Assembly: GCA_965222605.1 (NCBI GenBank)
Contig: OZ244960.1
Span: 2,912,001-2,976,000, forward strand
DNA length: 64,000 nucleotides
Source: Candidatus Latescibacterota bacterium
GTDB taxonomy: Bacteria > Latescibacterota > UBA2968
Reading direction: 5' to 3'
Shown: piece by piece, positions 46,382-57,538 of the stretch
How positions within the stretch are numbered: position 1 is the stretch's first letter
Layout of the letters: every line of letters begins with the position of its first letter
Position numbers and translations under genes: made by a program
Notes under the pieces: generated by a model
Told to the model about the DNA's origin: nothing
Seen by the model: only the letters and a program-made list of their open reading frames with translations
Database searches by the model: none

Positions 46382-48733
46382 TTAATTCCCATATCGGAAG
46401 CGCACTTCGCGTTCGACGCTCTTGCCACTGACCAGGTCGGTTACGATGACTTCGAGTGCGTTGACGCCGGGTCTGACTTTGTTGAGTACGATTTCGACGT
46501 ATTCGCGTTCGTCAGCTTCGCGTCCCGTGAGTTCGTTGGTGATGGCCACCTGGGGTTTGCTGGTTCTAAAGATGGCCCGCAACCCCGTGGCTACAGCGCC
46601 AAATACGCCAACAGCGGGCATGGCGCTGGAGCGAATGCGATATTCGGTTTTGTAACGGGTTTGTCCAAAGGTGTCTTTGGTCAGGTTGTAGATTTCGAAG
46701 TAGGCATAGACATTTTGCGTTGCGGCATAACTGCGCGTGGGAATGGGAATGATCCACACGTCTTCTTTTTGGAATTTTGTCGCGCCTTCTTCCGCAATGC
46801 TCGAAGCCAGTTGAATTTCACTGACCTGTAGCTCTGGGATTTGATAGTCTCTGACTTCGAGTTCTTGCCGATAGAGTCCGGTGCGTCCAGATATGAGGTC
46901 TTTCATTTGTACTTGAAGTTCGTATTTGCCGGGCGGTACCTGTGTTTTGATGATTTCAGGGACAAAAGCACCCTGTTGAGTTGTGCTGGGTACTTGTGGG
47001 CCGCGATACGCGAACTCATCGGTTGTGCGATAGATGGATGTGTGACCTTCATTTGCCAGCGCAACGGCCAATTGTACGTGTATGAAACTCGAATCGGCTT
47101 CTTGCTCAATCTCGACCTGCTCGGGCGGGATGCCGTAATAAATCTCGAGATTGGTTTGTCCATCTGGCCCGCGGAAGTGCGCCAGGTCATAGTAGAAATT
47201 GAGTATATCGCCGGGAAGACCAGGGCGATAAAAATCGGGCGAAGTCGATACGGCTTGCTGATAGATGACTTCGGGCATGTGTTCGGTCATGCGGGCGATA
47301 TAGGCGATGGCTTCGGGATCTCCGGTTGTGGCTTCGGGCAGTGGGGCAAAGTCATAGCGTCCATTGCCCATTTCGTCGGTAAAGGTAATCTCTATGCCCC
47401 CATTGAGTTGAATATAGGTCCAGGTTTCCCAGGGCACGGTATCAATTTCACTGCCAATGGTAACGGGTGAATAGCGGCCAAATTGCAAGCGAGTGTTGAG
47501 TTGCCCGGTTTGCTCATCAAGGACGCTTTCGATGGTGCCATCGCGCTCAAATGGATTGCCCTCAACGAGTTCGAAACTTATGTCGCGGTTGGTGCGAATG
47601 GGGAAGACGGGACCTGTGAAGGTGAAAAGGGCCGCTTCGGGACCGTAGATATCAACGGCCATCTGCGTGCGCACGCGCTCTACTTCGGTGGTTTGGACAA
47701 AGTTGCGATCATTGGAGCGCGAGCGGTAGTCGGGTTCGCCATATCGAATATAAACGGCACCTCGCTCATCCCAGGGATAGACATTGGATGAAAAATAGGT
47801 GCGTGCATACCAGGTGCGGCGGTAGTGTTCGATGACGCGCTCGTTGAGTTTGGTGAGAATGTCGGGGTCGCGCCGTGCCCAGAATTGCTCGCGGTATGCC
47901 TGTTGTTCGGGTCCCGGTGTGGCGGCGCGGTATTCTTCGAGTTCCGTATCTGAGGCAACGTAGGAAATATTGGTGTAGTGTGCGCGTTCACTGCTTTTGA
48001 TGTTGGCGAGATAACGTTCGAAGAGTTCGAGGGCTTTTTGCGCCTCGTCGTTGTAAAAATGACCCTGTGCAACAATAGGCAAGAGTTGAACGACGTCGGG
48101 ATTTGCCGAGAGATAGGGGGCAATATGTTCGAGAATGGTGTCAAACTCTTTGGCCTGTACACAGGCTAAGCCGTAATAATAAAGATTCTCGGGATTATCG
48201 GGTTCGAGTTCGACGTATTTCTGATAGTACTGCATGGCCCTGGTGTGGTCTTCTTCAAATCGCTCATAGACTTCGCCGAGCAAGCGATAGGCCGGGCCGT
48301 AGTTGGGATCGAGTTTGGTGGCGCGCTTGGCTTCGCCAATAGCTTTGTAGAAATTGTAATAAGATTGCAGGCCCCGCGTGGGTGCTTCGGCATACGTAAG
48401 ACCAAGCCCGACATAGGCTTCGACGAGGCTTTTGTCGAATTTTTTGGCTGTTTTGAAGGCGCCTTCGGCTTCTTTGTATTCTTTCCGTTTGAGATAGATA
48501 TAACCCAGTTGAGAATACACATGGGCGTCTTCGGGAAAGTTTTCTAAAATGCGTTGAAGGGTCGCCATGGCCTCGTTGATTTCACCCGCTTGAATCTGAC
48601 GCTGGCCCAGGGCAAACATCGTATTTCGGACAATTTTGTCTTGTTGAGGCGTTTCATCTTCTTCGGCAAAAAGAGGCAGTGCAATGCAAGAGACACAGCA
48701 GACAACCATCCAGAACCGCAATCCAATTTTCAT
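46382..48733 (-). CDS. Secreted TPR plus GWxTD-domain protein
   Basis: Signal peptide, TPRs, FWARRDP...NER..EHYRR, WDERGAVYIRYGEPD. Confidence 0.82.
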   Translation of the reverse strand: MKIGLRFWMVVCCVSCIALPLFAEEDETPQQDKIVRNTMFALGQRQIQAGEINEAMATLQRILENFPEDAHVYSQLGYIYLKRKEYKEAEGAFKTAKKFDKSLVEAYVGLGLTYAEAPTRGLQSYYNFYKAIGEAKRATKLDPNYGPAYRLLGEVYERFEEDHTRAMQYYQKYVELEPDNPENLYYYGLACVQAKEFDTILEHIAPYLSANPDVVQLLPIVAQGHFYNDEAQKALELFERYLANIKSSERAHYTNISYVASDTELEEYRAATPGPEQQAYREQFWARRDPDILTKLNERVIEHYRRTWYARTYFSSNVYPWDERGAVYIRYGEPDYRSRSNDRNFVQTTEVERVRTQMAVDIYGPEAALFTFTGPVFPIRTNRDISFELVEGNPFERDGTIESVLDEQTGQLNTRLQFGRYSPVTIGSEIDTVPWETWTYIQLNGGIEITFTDEMGNGRYDFAPLPEATTGDPEAIAYIARMTEHMPEVIYQQAVSTSPDFYRPGLPGDILNFYYDLAHFRGPDGQTNLEIYYGIPPEQVEIEQEADSSFIHVQLAVALANEGHTSIYRTTDEFAYRGPQVPSTTQQGAFVPEIIKTQVPPGKYELQVQMKDLISGRTGLYRQELEVRDYQIPELQVSEIQLASSIAEEGATKFQKEDVWIIPIPTRSYAATQNVYAYFEIYNLTKDTFGQTRYKTEYRIRSSAMPAVGVFGAVATGLRAIFRTSKPQVAITNELTGREADEREYVEIVLNKVRPGVNALEVIVTDLVSGKSVEREVRFRYGN

Positions 48734-48821
48734 GGTGTTCTCCCGATGGAAAAGTCGATTGTAATGTTTGCAGTGATACATAGTTCCTGCTTATCTTAAG
48801 TGTGATGTTGTAAAACTGCTT

Positions 48822-49631
48822 TTACACCGTCGCCTGCAAATCCCTCAAATAGCCCAACGTATCGCGAATACTCGCCTCTGTCGTCTCCGACGCCCCCTTC
48901 TCCACACACAGCGGGCCAGCGTAATCTGCCGCGCTTAAAATTTGCAAACACGTCTTCAAATCATAACCCATAGCTTTGCCATCCCGCTCCCATACCTGCA
49001 CGCCGTCGTCACTGTAATTAAACACCTTGACATGACACGAAAACGCGCGCGGCGCCAGCACGCGCATCCCCGCCTCCCAATCGCCATCGGGAAAATTTGC
49101 CGTATCTGGACAGGTGCCAAACCAATCGGACTCCACACCATCCAAAATCCGCTGCAAATTCTCAGAAGACGACGACACGCCCCCGTGGTTTTCCACCAGC
49201 AGCTTCACCCCCGCCTGCTCGCCCACAGCTACCAACTCCCGATACCCCTCAATCACCCGGCTCATCGCCCCATCGTCATCCGCGTGCCCCGTATTAATCC
49301 GTATCGCCTCAGAACCCACAGCCGACGCCGTATAAAACCACTGCTTCAACGCCTCCAAATCCGTGCGCCGCACACCCTCATCCGCACCTGCAATATTGCC
49401 CATATCCACTGCGATATTGCGTACCGAAAGACCATTGTCCGCCAACCGATTCCGAAGCTCATTCAAATACCTCGCATCCTGAGACTCAAAAAACCGCGAA
49501 CACAACTCCACCGTCTCCACACCATGCGCGGCACACACCTCGGGAAACTCCAGCAAAGTCAAAGACTCCTCCCGCAAAATTTCACCACTAAGCACCCATC
49601 CGGCAATACCGACATCGAGATCCATAGTCAT
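48822..49631 (-). CDS. Sugar phosphate isomerase/epimerase (TIM barrel)
   Basis: LLVENHGG, CPDTANF, HVK, LCVE. Confidence 0.85.
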   Translation of the reverse strand: MTMDLDVGIAGWVLSGEILREESLTLLEFPEVCAAHGVETVELCSRFFESQDARYLNELRNRLADNGLSVRNIAVDMGNIAGADEGVRRTDLEALKQWFYTASAVGSEAIRINTGHADDDGAMSRVIEGYRELVAVGEQAGVKLLVENHGGVSSSSENLQRILDGVESDWFGTCPDTANFPDGDWEAGMRVLAPRAFSCHVKVFNYSDDGVQVWERDGKAMGYDLKTCLQILSAADYAGPLCVEKGASETTEASIRDTLGYLRDLQATV

Positions 49632-49669
49632 TTCTCCTTTTGTTAAAATCACAGATTAAGTAAAAACAA

Positions 49670-49747
49670 ACTGGATTGCGGCTCAAAACCATGCCGCAAT
49701 GACGATTAGTGGTCGTCACGCCTGCATGCCTGAAACAGGCGTCCAGG
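49670..49747. repeat. Pair of family B palindromic repeats
   Basis: ACTGGATTGCGGCTCAAAACCATGCCGCAATGAC followed by GTCACGCCTGCATGCCTGAAACAGGCGTCCAG. Confidence 0.65.
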
Positions 49748-49866
49748 ATGGGGAATTGCCTTTAACTCTTGTCGCATTAGATCACTGAATATACCAACAG
49801 ATTTGGCACGCGCTCTTATATTTATTATGTTACATCACACTCCCCCACAACACAAGGAGGTTTTGC

Positions 49867-51132
49867 TTGGAATCCGTTATCGGTGTCATCTTAGGCGGCG
49901 GAGCGGGGTCGCGCCTCTATCCCCTGACCAAATACCGCTCCAAACCCGCGGTCCCTATCGGCGGCAAATATCGCCTCATCGACATACCCATCAGCAACTG
50001 TCTGCACTCCGGCCTCGCACGCATCTACGCACTCACCCAATTCAACTCCGCCTCTCTCAACCGCCACATCTCACAAACCTATCGCTTCGACGCCTTTTCA
50101 AACGGCTTTGTTGAAATCCTCGCCGCCGAACAAACACAAGATCGCCTCGACTGGTATCAGGGCACAGCCGACGCTGTTCGCCAGCACCTCCACCACTTCA
50201 TGTCCTACCAGATAGACCAATACCTCATCCTCTCTGGCGACCACCTCTACCGCATGAACTACCGGGACTTTATCTCCGAACACCGCGAAAAAGGCGCAGA
50301 CCTCACCATCGCAGTCAAACCCGTCACCCGAGAAATCGCGCCCGACCTCGGCATCCTCAAAGTAGATGACACCCGGCGCATCACCGACTTCGTAGAAAAA
50401 CCACAAACCAACGCCGCACTGGACGACCTCAAACTCGACCCCGCACCCGGCAGCAATCCCAACGAAGCGTACATGGCCTCAATGGGCATATACGTCTTTG
50501 AAAAAGACAAACTAAGAACTCTCCTCGCGGAAAACACCGGCGACGACTTTGGCAAACACATCATCCCAGCCGCCATTCACACCCACAAAGTCTATGCCCA
50601 CCGATTCGAGGGATACTGGGAAGACATCGGCACCATCCGCGCCTTCTACGAAGCCAACCTCGCACTCACAACCCCATCGCCCCCCTTCACCTTTTATCAG
50701 CCCGGCGCCCCCATCTATACGCACCCGCGCTACCTCGCCGCGGCCAAATTGGATGGATGCCACCTCAAACAGTGCAAAATCGGCGACGGCTCCGACATTC
50801 AAGACGCAGAAATTGAACACGCCGTCATCGGCATACGCAGCATCGTTGGTCCCCGCGCTAAACTCACCAACACCGTCATGATGGGGGCTGACTTTTACGA
50901 AACACCCGAAGACAGAAAACGCAACAAACAAAAAGGCATCCCAAACGTCGGCATCGGTTCGGGATGCGTAATCGACAGCGCAATCATCGACAAAAACGCG
51001 CGCATTGGGGAAAACGTCACCATCCAAAACGCAAAAAATATCCGCGAAGCAGAACACGACGCCTACTCCATCCGCGACGGCATCGTCGTCATCACCAAAG
51101 ACGCCATCATCCCATCGGGGACGGTGATTTAA
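49867..51132 (+). CDS. glgC: Glucose-1-phosphate adenylyltransferase
   Basis: [52 protein letters not shown]. Confidence 0.96.
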   Translation: MESVIGVILGGGAGSRLYPLTKYRSKPAVPIGGKYRLIDIPISNCLHSGLARIYALTQFNSASLNRHISQTYRFDAFSNGFVEILAAEQTQDRLDWYQGTADAVRQHLHHFMSYQIDQYLILSGDHLYRMNYRDFISEHREKGADLTIAVKPVTREIAPDLGILKVDDTRRITDFVEKPQTNAALDDLKLDPAPGSNPNEAYMASMGIYVFEKDKLRTLLAENTGDDFGKHIIPAAIHTHKVYAHRFEGYWEDIGTIRAFYEANLALTTPSPPFTFYQPGAPIYTHPRYLAAAKLDGCHLKQCKIGDGSDIQDAEIEHAVIGIRSIVGPRAKLTNTVMMGADFYETPEDRKRNKQKGIPNVGIGSGCVIDSAIIDKNARIGENVTIQNAKNIREAEHDAYSIRDGIVVITKDAIIPSGTVI

Positions 51133-51134
51133 GA

Positions 51135-51962
51135 TTATCCGCGCTTTTGTGCAAATAGCCAGTCCCATACATTTTCGGTTTTGTCGCATTGATCGCTGGC
51201 AAAGTGCGTGATAAATCCGCGTTGTGGGTCGTCGCCTGTGTACGCAAATCCGTAAGCGCTGGCATTGTGTCCTACGTCTTTTAATTCGGTGTATTTGGTA
51301 TTGGCATCTATCGCGTTTAGTTGACGGAAGGCGTCCTGGGTTAATTCGACGGGTACGGTTGCATCGGCATCGCCGTGAAATGTCCAGATGGGTATTTTGA
51401 CGATGCGGCTGATATCATTCCAGGGTTCGCATCCGCCAGCAGAGGGAATCGCGGCGGCGAAACGGTCGGGTTGTGCGCAGATGGCGTTCCAGGTGCCAAA
51501 TCCACCCATTGAATGCCCGAGTACGTAGATGCGGTCTCGGTCAATTGGAAATTCATCGCATATTGTGTCGAGCAAGTCAAAGGCTTTGCCCAGGTCGCCG
51601 ACTGAGAGATCGTCGCCTCGATCCAGCAGTCGCTTGACGCGCGTTTGCCAGATGCCGGAGAGCGAGTCGATATATTCCTGTGTGATTTCGGGCAGGGTGT
51701 TGGGCATGAGCCAGCGCAGGGGTGTTTGTGGGGCGAGTACGAAACAGGGATATCTGCGACGGTGTGTTTCTTCGGCCAGTGGTGTTTGGTTCCAGTGGCG
51801 CAGGTTTTTTATGTTGTCTGTGCCTTTGCCTCCCGCGCCGTGCAGGCTGAAGATGAGGGGATACGCGGTGTCGGGGTGGTCTGCGATGTCAATGGGTCTT
51901 AGCAGGCGATAGGGCATACTGCCGTAGTTTCGTTTTTCGTAGATGTCCATCCAGTTGTCCAT
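51135..51962 (-). CDS. Alpha/beta-hydrolase (esterase/phospholipase-like)
   Basis: LHGAG, GHSMGG, FHGDAD, GH. Confidence 0.85.
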   Translation of the reverse strand: MDNWMDIYEKRNYGSMPYRLLRPIDIADHPDTAYPLIFSLHGAGGKGTDNIKNLRHWNQTPLAEETHRRRYPCFVLAPQTPLRWLMPNTLPEITQEYIDSLSGIWQTRVKRLLDRGDDLSVGDLGKAFDLLDTICDEFPIDRDRIYVLGHSMGGFGTWNAICAQPDRFAAAIPSAGGCEPWNDISRIVKIPIWTFHGDADATVPVELTQDAFRQLNAIDANTKYTELKDVGHNASAYGFAYTGDDPQRGFITHFASDQCDKTENVWDWLFAQKRG

Positions 51963-51984
51963 GGTTGTCTCCTTTGGGAATGGA

Positions 51985-52431
51985 TTAACTTTTACGCAGA
52001 TAAAGATGTAGATCTTTCTCAGCCTCTTCCTCTAAGAGACCGATCTGCACGGGAATATCCGCGTTTTTGAGGATTTGAATGCCGCGTCCGCGATTTTTGG
52101 GATGCGGGTCGATGAGTGCGACAAAGACATCGCGGATTTTTCTCTGCACGAGTGCCTGCGCACACGATGGCGTGCGTCCGTGAAAAGAGCATGGCTCCAG
52201 GGTGACGAATGCGGTGACATCTTTTAGTGATCCCGCTACTTGCGCGAGTGCCATTGCCTCTGCGTGAAATTGGCCCGGTGGATTGGTATGCCCCCGGGCG
52301 ATTATTTTTTCCTCTCGCACGAGCACACAGCCCACTGGTGGATTGGGTAAGCACCCGGGAAGCGCTTTTCTGCCTTCGACGAGCGCGGCGGTCATGAAGT
52401 TTTCCAATTCAATTTGAGAATATTTGGACAT
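51985..52431 (-). CDS. Stand-alone RibD-type deaminase domain
   Basis: PNPPVGC, HAE, VTLEPCS..GRTPSC, DPHP; no reductase domain. Confidence 0.8.
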   Translation of the reverse strand: MSKYSQIELENFMTAALVEGRKALPGCLPNPPVGCVLVREEKIIARGHTNPPGQFHAEAMALAQVAGSLKDVTAFVTLEPCSFHGRTPSCAQALVQRKIRDVFVALIDPHPKNRGRGIQILKNADIPVQIGLLEEEAEKDLHLYLRKS

Positions 52432-52514
52432 TGGATAAGAGATTGGATTTACCTGGCGCGAAAAACGCCCCGGCACAACGATACTGGGGCGTTCTCTGTT
52501 TGGACAGATTCCGT

Positions 52515-53816
52515 TTACTCCCCACTGAGACCAATACAGTACAAATGTGTCGCCGTCCGAATAAAAAGCTGTGATCCAGATGACACGGGCGATGACAGCG
52601 TGTATGTACCATCCAGTTCATTAGTACCCAAAACCTCAAATTTGGGACCAGCAGCCAAAACAGTCGTCACGGCATTTTCATTCAGCAAAAACAACTTGCC
52701 ATCGGCCAGATGAGGTGACGCACTCACAACACCCTGCGCCGTCCTCTCAGGCCCCCACACCACAGCCCCGGTCTTCGCGTCCAGACACATTGCCCGCCCG
52801 CGATCATCAACCATATAAAAATACTTCCCATCACAGACCGGCGTAGGCACATCCGGCGCAGCAGCACCCTCCCACTTCCACACCACATTGTCGGAAACAT
52901 CGCCCGTGCCACCAGCAGCCAACGCCAGCAAAGGCCGCTGTCGGGTCGGCGCATAAATCATATCGCCGACCACCACAGGAGACGCCACAATCCGATAATT
53001 ACCCCTCCGCTGGGGATTCAACCCATTGGCACGCCAGATTTCACGCCCCGTATCGGGATCGTGCCCCGTTACACAATCCCCACCCGTAATAACAACCTGA
53101 GTCTCGCCATCGCGCTTCAACAGCGCAGGCGTCGTGTACGAATCCGGAGACTCCCGCAAAGCGTCTGTCGCGCGCTCCTCCCGCCAGACCTCCTTCCCAT
53201 TATTGGCCTCTAACGCCACAATATACGAAGGATCATCCGTACGCATCCCGTGAAGCACCTGCATGATGAGCTTGCCTTCATAGAGAATCGGCGAAGACGC
53301 ATACCCCCAGTTCAAACCGAAGTCGCCGTAGTCTTTTTGAAGGTCGCGCGCCCAGACCGCTTTCCCATCCACATCCAAACACGTCACAACGCCATTCCCT
53401 GTGACCACCCACACATGCGCGCCATCCGTAACAGGTGAAGGCGACGTATTGTTCTGCTTGCGCCACAGCACATTGCCTTCATCCAATTTGTAGCGCCAGA
53501 TTTCACTGCCGTCTTTTGTTGCGAAACAGAGGATATAAATTTCCGGCCCACCCGATTCCTGCTCTTCTGATGTTCGCGCAGGCGATGGCGCCGTCAGAAA
53601 AATGCGATCTTCCCAGATAACGGGCGTACTACCGCTCCAAGAAGGCAATTCGGTCTTCCAGATGATATTCTCTTCAAGACTCCAGGACGCGGGCAGATTT
53701 TTGGCCGTACTAACCCCATTTTGCTGCGGACCGCGCCACTGCGGCCAGTTATCTGCATCAACACTTAGTGGAACAAGTGCGACAATACAAACCATACGAA
53801 CTATTCGACCAACCAT
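52515..53816 (-). CDS. PQQ-like beta-propeller repeat protein
   Basis: Signal peptide, WPQWRGP, repeated SSP/xDGxxxW motifs. Confidence 0.9.
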   Translation of the reverse strand: MVGRIVRMVCIVALVPLSVDADNWPQWRGPQQNGVSTAKNLPASWSLEENIIWKTELPSWSGSTPVIWEDRIFLTAPSPARTSEEQESGGPEIYILCFATKDGSEIWRYKLDEGNVLWRKQNNTSPSPVTDGAHVWVVTGNGVVTCLDVDGKAVWARDLQKDYGDFGLNWGYASSPILYEGKLIMQVLHGMRTDDPSYIVALEANNGKEVWREERATDALRESPDSYTTPALLKRDGETQVVITGGDCVTGHDPDTGREIWRANGLNPQRRGNYRIVASPVVVGDMIYAPTRQRPLLALAAGGTGDVSDNVVWKWEGAAAPDVPTPVCDGKYFYMVDDRGRAMCLDAKTGAVVWGPERTAQGVVSASPHLADGKLFLLNENAVTTVLAAGPKFEVLGTNELDGTYTLSSPVSSGSQLFIRTATHLYCIGLSGE

Positions 53817-53926
53817 AGAATCTCCTCCTCAACAGTGTGATTTTCAACTTGTTTTTCACCCAATTTGACAGATATTTCCCCTTGATTGTTCCTGTCTCCC
53901 ATCAAAGTCAAAATAGAGAGGCTCAC

Positions 53927-55348
53927 ATGCAGCGTCAACCCAATATTTTACTATTCATCACCGATCAACAACGCTCCGACACCATGGCGTGTTATGGCAA
54001 CGACTGGATCCAAACGCCGAACATGAACGCCCTTGCCAACGAAAGCTTTGTCTTTGAAAACCCCTATTGCACACAACCCGTCTGCACGCCATCGCGCGCC
54101 ACCCTCCTGACAGGACTGTATCCACATTCTGCCAGAATGATCAAAAACAACATCCTGCTCGATCCGGCAATCAAATCCATCGCCGAAATGACATCAGACG
54201 ACTACCACAAAGCCTACTACGGCAAATGGCACCTGGGCAAAGAAACAACGCGACAACACGGATTTGATGAATGGCTACCCGTCTTTGAACTGCCCTGGGT
54301 CATTGACCACCCGGATACACCGTATCATCAGTTTCTGGTAAAAAATGGAATCGAACCAGACAATACAACCCAGGCCGGACACCGCGTATTCTCTCCACAA
54401 CTGCGCGCAAATTTGCCCGAACACCTGTCCATGGTATCTTTTTTATGCGATGAGGCCGCCCGCTTTTTGATGGCAGAACGCGACAAGCCATTTATGCTAC
54501 AGGTCCATTGCCCCGAACCACACCCGCCTGTTTCGGGACCAATGAAACATATACACGACCCGAACAAAATGCCCGTTGGTCCCGCATTTACGCGCTATCC
54601 CGGTGGCGCATCGCTATTTAACAGACTGAGAGCAGAACGAAATATACAACCCGATGCAACCCCCGAAGAACAACGCGCCGCAGAAGTAAAACTGCATAAA
54701 TTCCGCGCGGAATACTACGGCACAGTCACACTCGTAGATCGCGCGCTGGGCAAATTGATGGACGCCCTTGAAAAATCGGGTCACGCCGACAACACCGCCG
54801 TTGTATTCAGCTCTGACCACGGCGAAATGGCCGGTGACCAGGGCATGCGGGAAAAACGCGCATTTTACGAACCATCCGCCAAAGTACCCCTCCTGATGCG
54901 GATTCCCTATCTCGGGTGCGAACACCGAATGATTCCCGGCAACATCAGCCACATCGATCTCGTACCCACCTTATTAGACCTCATGGGACAACCCGTGCCC
55001 GAACACCTGCAAGGAAATAGTCGCGTACCCGTTCTCGAAGGCAGAGAAACACTTGTCGATAACGACGTCTTCATTCAGTGGAACGGACTGGGAGATCGCA
55101 ACCTCGGCTCGCCGCAAATCAACCTGATCGCCACCCTCCCCTGGCGCTCAATCGTAACAGCCGACCGCTGGAAACTCAACCTGTGTGCAGGCGACCAATG
55201 CGAATTATTCAACCTGAACAGCGACCCCCATGAACTCACAAACCTATTCGATGAACCTGTACACAGAGATCGCATTCGCAAAATGGCGGCAAAAATTCGC
55301 CTCTGGCAACGCGAAACAGGTGATAACGCGCCATTACCCACAGTGTAA
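53927..55348 (+). CDS. Sulfatase
   Basis: PNILLFITDQQR, CTPSRATLLTG, GKWHLG, SDHG. Confidence 0.93.
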   Translation: MQRQPNILLFITDQQRSDTMACYGNDWIQTPNMNALANESFVFENPYCTQPVCTPSRATLLTGLYPHSARMIKNNILLDPAIKSIAEMTSDDYHKAYYGKWHLGKETTRQHGFDEWLPVFELPWVIDHPDTPYHQFLVKNGIEPDNTTQAGHRVFSPQLRANLPEHLSMVSFLCDEAARFLMAERDKPFMLQVHCPEPHPPVSGPMKHIHDPNKMPVGPAFTRYPGGASLFNRLRAERNIQPDATPEEQRAAEVKLHKFRAEYYGTVTLVDRALGKLMDALEKSGHADNTAVVFSSDHGEMAGDQGMREKRAFYEPSAKVPLLMRIPYLGCEHRMIPGNISHIDLVPTLLDLMGQPVPEHLQGNSRVPVLEGRETLVDNDVFIQWNGLGDRNLGSPQINLIATLPWRSIVTADRWKLNLCAGDQCELFNLNSDPHELTNLFDEPVHRDRIRKMAAKIRLWQRETGDNAPLPTV

Positions 55349-55393
55349 CGTAGGCGCGGGTTTCCCAACCCGCCCACTCAGGAGAAATACCTC

Positions 55394-56416
55394 ATGAACA
55401 CAATCAAAACGCGAACAATCGGGCGAACAGGCTTCGAAGTAACCGAAATGGGCATGGGCGGCGCGCCCCTGGGTGATCTATTCGAACTCGTAAGTGAAAC
55501 ACAGGCGCAAGACACCTTGCAAGCCGCCTGGGATGCGGGTATCCGGTATTTCGACACAGCCCCCTTTTACGGCTATGGCAAAAGCGAGCATCGCCTCGGT
55601 CACTTCTTGCGACAACAGGACAGAGAAGAATTTGCCATCTCCACCAAAGTCGGACGCGTATTAAAAGCCACGCGCGACCTCAAAACATTTGACAAAGACA
55701 TGTGGATTGGTGGCTTGCCCTTTGAATACGCCTTTGACTACAGCTACGACGGCATCATGCGGTCCTATGAAGACAGCCTCCAGCGACTGAGCTTGCACGC
55801 CGTAGATCTGCTCCTCATCCACGACCCCGATTACTTCTTTCACACCTCCGAAGAAATGGTAACCTCCACCCTTGCCCAAATCTACACAAGCGGCTGGCGC
55901 GCCCTTGACGAACTGCGCTCAAGCGGACAAATCAAAGGCATTGGCGTGGGACTCAACATGATGGGACTCATCCCCCGATTCTTAGACATGGTCGATATCG
56001 ACTTCTTCATCGTCGCCATGCCCTATACCCTCCTTGACCAGGACCCACTGGACGAGGAATTTCCAAAATGCGCCGAACACGGCGCCGACATCGTCATCGG
56101 ATCCGTATTTGCCTCGGGCATCCTCGCCACAGGACCAGTACAAGGCGCATTATATGCGTACGACACGGCACCCTCAGAAATACTTAAAAAAACCCGAAAA
56201 ATTGAAACAATATGTCAGGCGCACAACGTACCACTCCCCGCAGCAGCCATCCAATTCCCACTCGCACACCCAAGCGTCGCCGCCATCATCCCCGGTGCCC
56301 TCAAACCCGAATACATCCATGCAAATATCAAAAACTACCAGTACCCCATACCCTCAGACCTCTGGGCAGAATTAAAATCCGAGGGCCTATTGCGAGATGA
56401 CGCGCCGACACCATGA
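55394..56416 (+). CDS. Aldo/keto reductase (D-threo-aldose dehydrogenase-like)
   Basis: GMGGAPLG, FDTAPFYG, STKVGR, FDYSYDG, LIHD. Confidence 0.9.
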   Translation: MNTIKTRTIGRTGFEVTEMGMGGAPLGDLFELVSETQAQDTLQAAWDAGIRYFDTAPFYGYGKSEHRLGHFLRQQDREEFAISTKVGRVLKATRDLKTFDKDMWIGGLPFEYAFDYSYDGIMRSYEDSLQRLSLHAVDLLLIHDPDYFFHTSEEMVTSTLAQIYTSGWRALDELRSSGQIKGIGVGLNMMGLIPRFLDMVDIDFFIVAMPYTLLDQDPLDEEFPKCAEHGADIVIGSVFASGILATGPVQGALYAYDTAPSEILKKTRKIETICQAHNVPLPAAAIQFPLAHPSVAAIIPGALKPEYIHANIKNYQYPIPSDLWAELKSEGLLRDDAPTP

Positions 56417-56475
56417 ATTGTAGGGGACGGTCCCCGTGACGTCCCGCATGAAACCACAGATCGGAAACAATATCC

Positions 56476-57029
56476 ATGATCCATTCACACGCGCTCATTA
56501 AAGTCGCCTGCAAAATTCTCGGATTATTTTTTTTAATACATGTGGTGACTATACTTGGATTTATACCCCAGGGTATTATAATGATCCAACAAGATGATAC
56601 GTGGGCAAGGGAGATTTATGGATATTTCGCTCTGCCGCTTCTCTATTTGATCTTCGCTTATGTATTTATAAAATATGCCGACGCAATCGCGCGAAAATTG
56701 GACCCTGTTGAACGGGAAATTGAAATTTCTCCCGACAATAACTGGTCCCAGGTACTTTACAAAACGGGCGTTCACTGGCATACCCAAAGTGATCAATGAG
56801 GGAATCACGCCTCATCGGGGTCTATATGGTGTTCAATGAGGGAATTAAAATTGTTGCAAGATATCACCAAATAAACATACTGCTACCCCCGCATAGACTT
56901 GGTACCTTGTTAGATATCTGGTCAGAGGGAATCGCCGCTGTGATTTATCTCGGCCTGGGAATCTATCTGCTCGCAGGTGGATCCTTGCCGTCAATGTTAC
57001 AGAATCTTGTGAATCGAGATAATGGCTAA
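56476..57029 (+). pseudogene. Membrane protein split into two ORFs (56476-56799 and 56796-57029)
   Basis: The halves look like two repeats of a TM pair; local rearrangement with duplicated TCAATGAGGGAAT at the break. Confidence 0.55.
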
Positions 57030-57148
57030 ACTTGATTGAAAGAAGATCCTGATGCCCTTGAGGATTTTATGTCAGATAGAGAAAAGACAGAACCCGCAAT
57101 CATTCTGGAATTGCGGGTTCATAGTTTAATCCATATTTTCACAATGAT

Positions 57149-57535
57149 CTACTTCTTCTGATAAGGTGTAATGATCTCCTTTAACATGGGGAAGTGTCTT
57201 CGGTTCAACGTGACCAGTTTTGCCTGGCGGACATCCGCCGTAGCCGCAATCAGAGCATCTGCCAGACCTGTGTTATGGCTCTTCACATAATCCCGACGAT
57301 ATGTACCGCCTTTAATTGCTATCTCCCGATCAACAGGTACGATCTCAAAGGCTTTCAAGAAAGTTTCTAATGCTTCACGCTCTGATTCGTCACGAACGCC
57401 AGAATAGAGTTCGGCTACCGCAATAGAAGAAATCAACAATTCTTCTGGACGATTTTCGAGATATTGTACTGCATCTGCTTGATCACGCAAGTAATCAATC
57501 ACAACATCTGTATCCAATAAAAGTCGGATAGCCAT
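57149..57535 (-). CDS. vapC: VapC/PIN toxin
   Basis: LLDTDVVID, AELYSG, DALIAATA, TLNRRHF. Confidence 0.92.
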   Translation of the reverse strand: MAIRLLLDTDVVIDYLRDQADAVQYLENRPEELLISSIAVAELYSGVRDESEREALETFLKAFEIVPVDREIAIKGGTYRRDYVKSHNTGLADALIAATADVRQAKLVTLNRRHFPMLKEIITPYQKK

Positions 57536-57538
57536 ATC

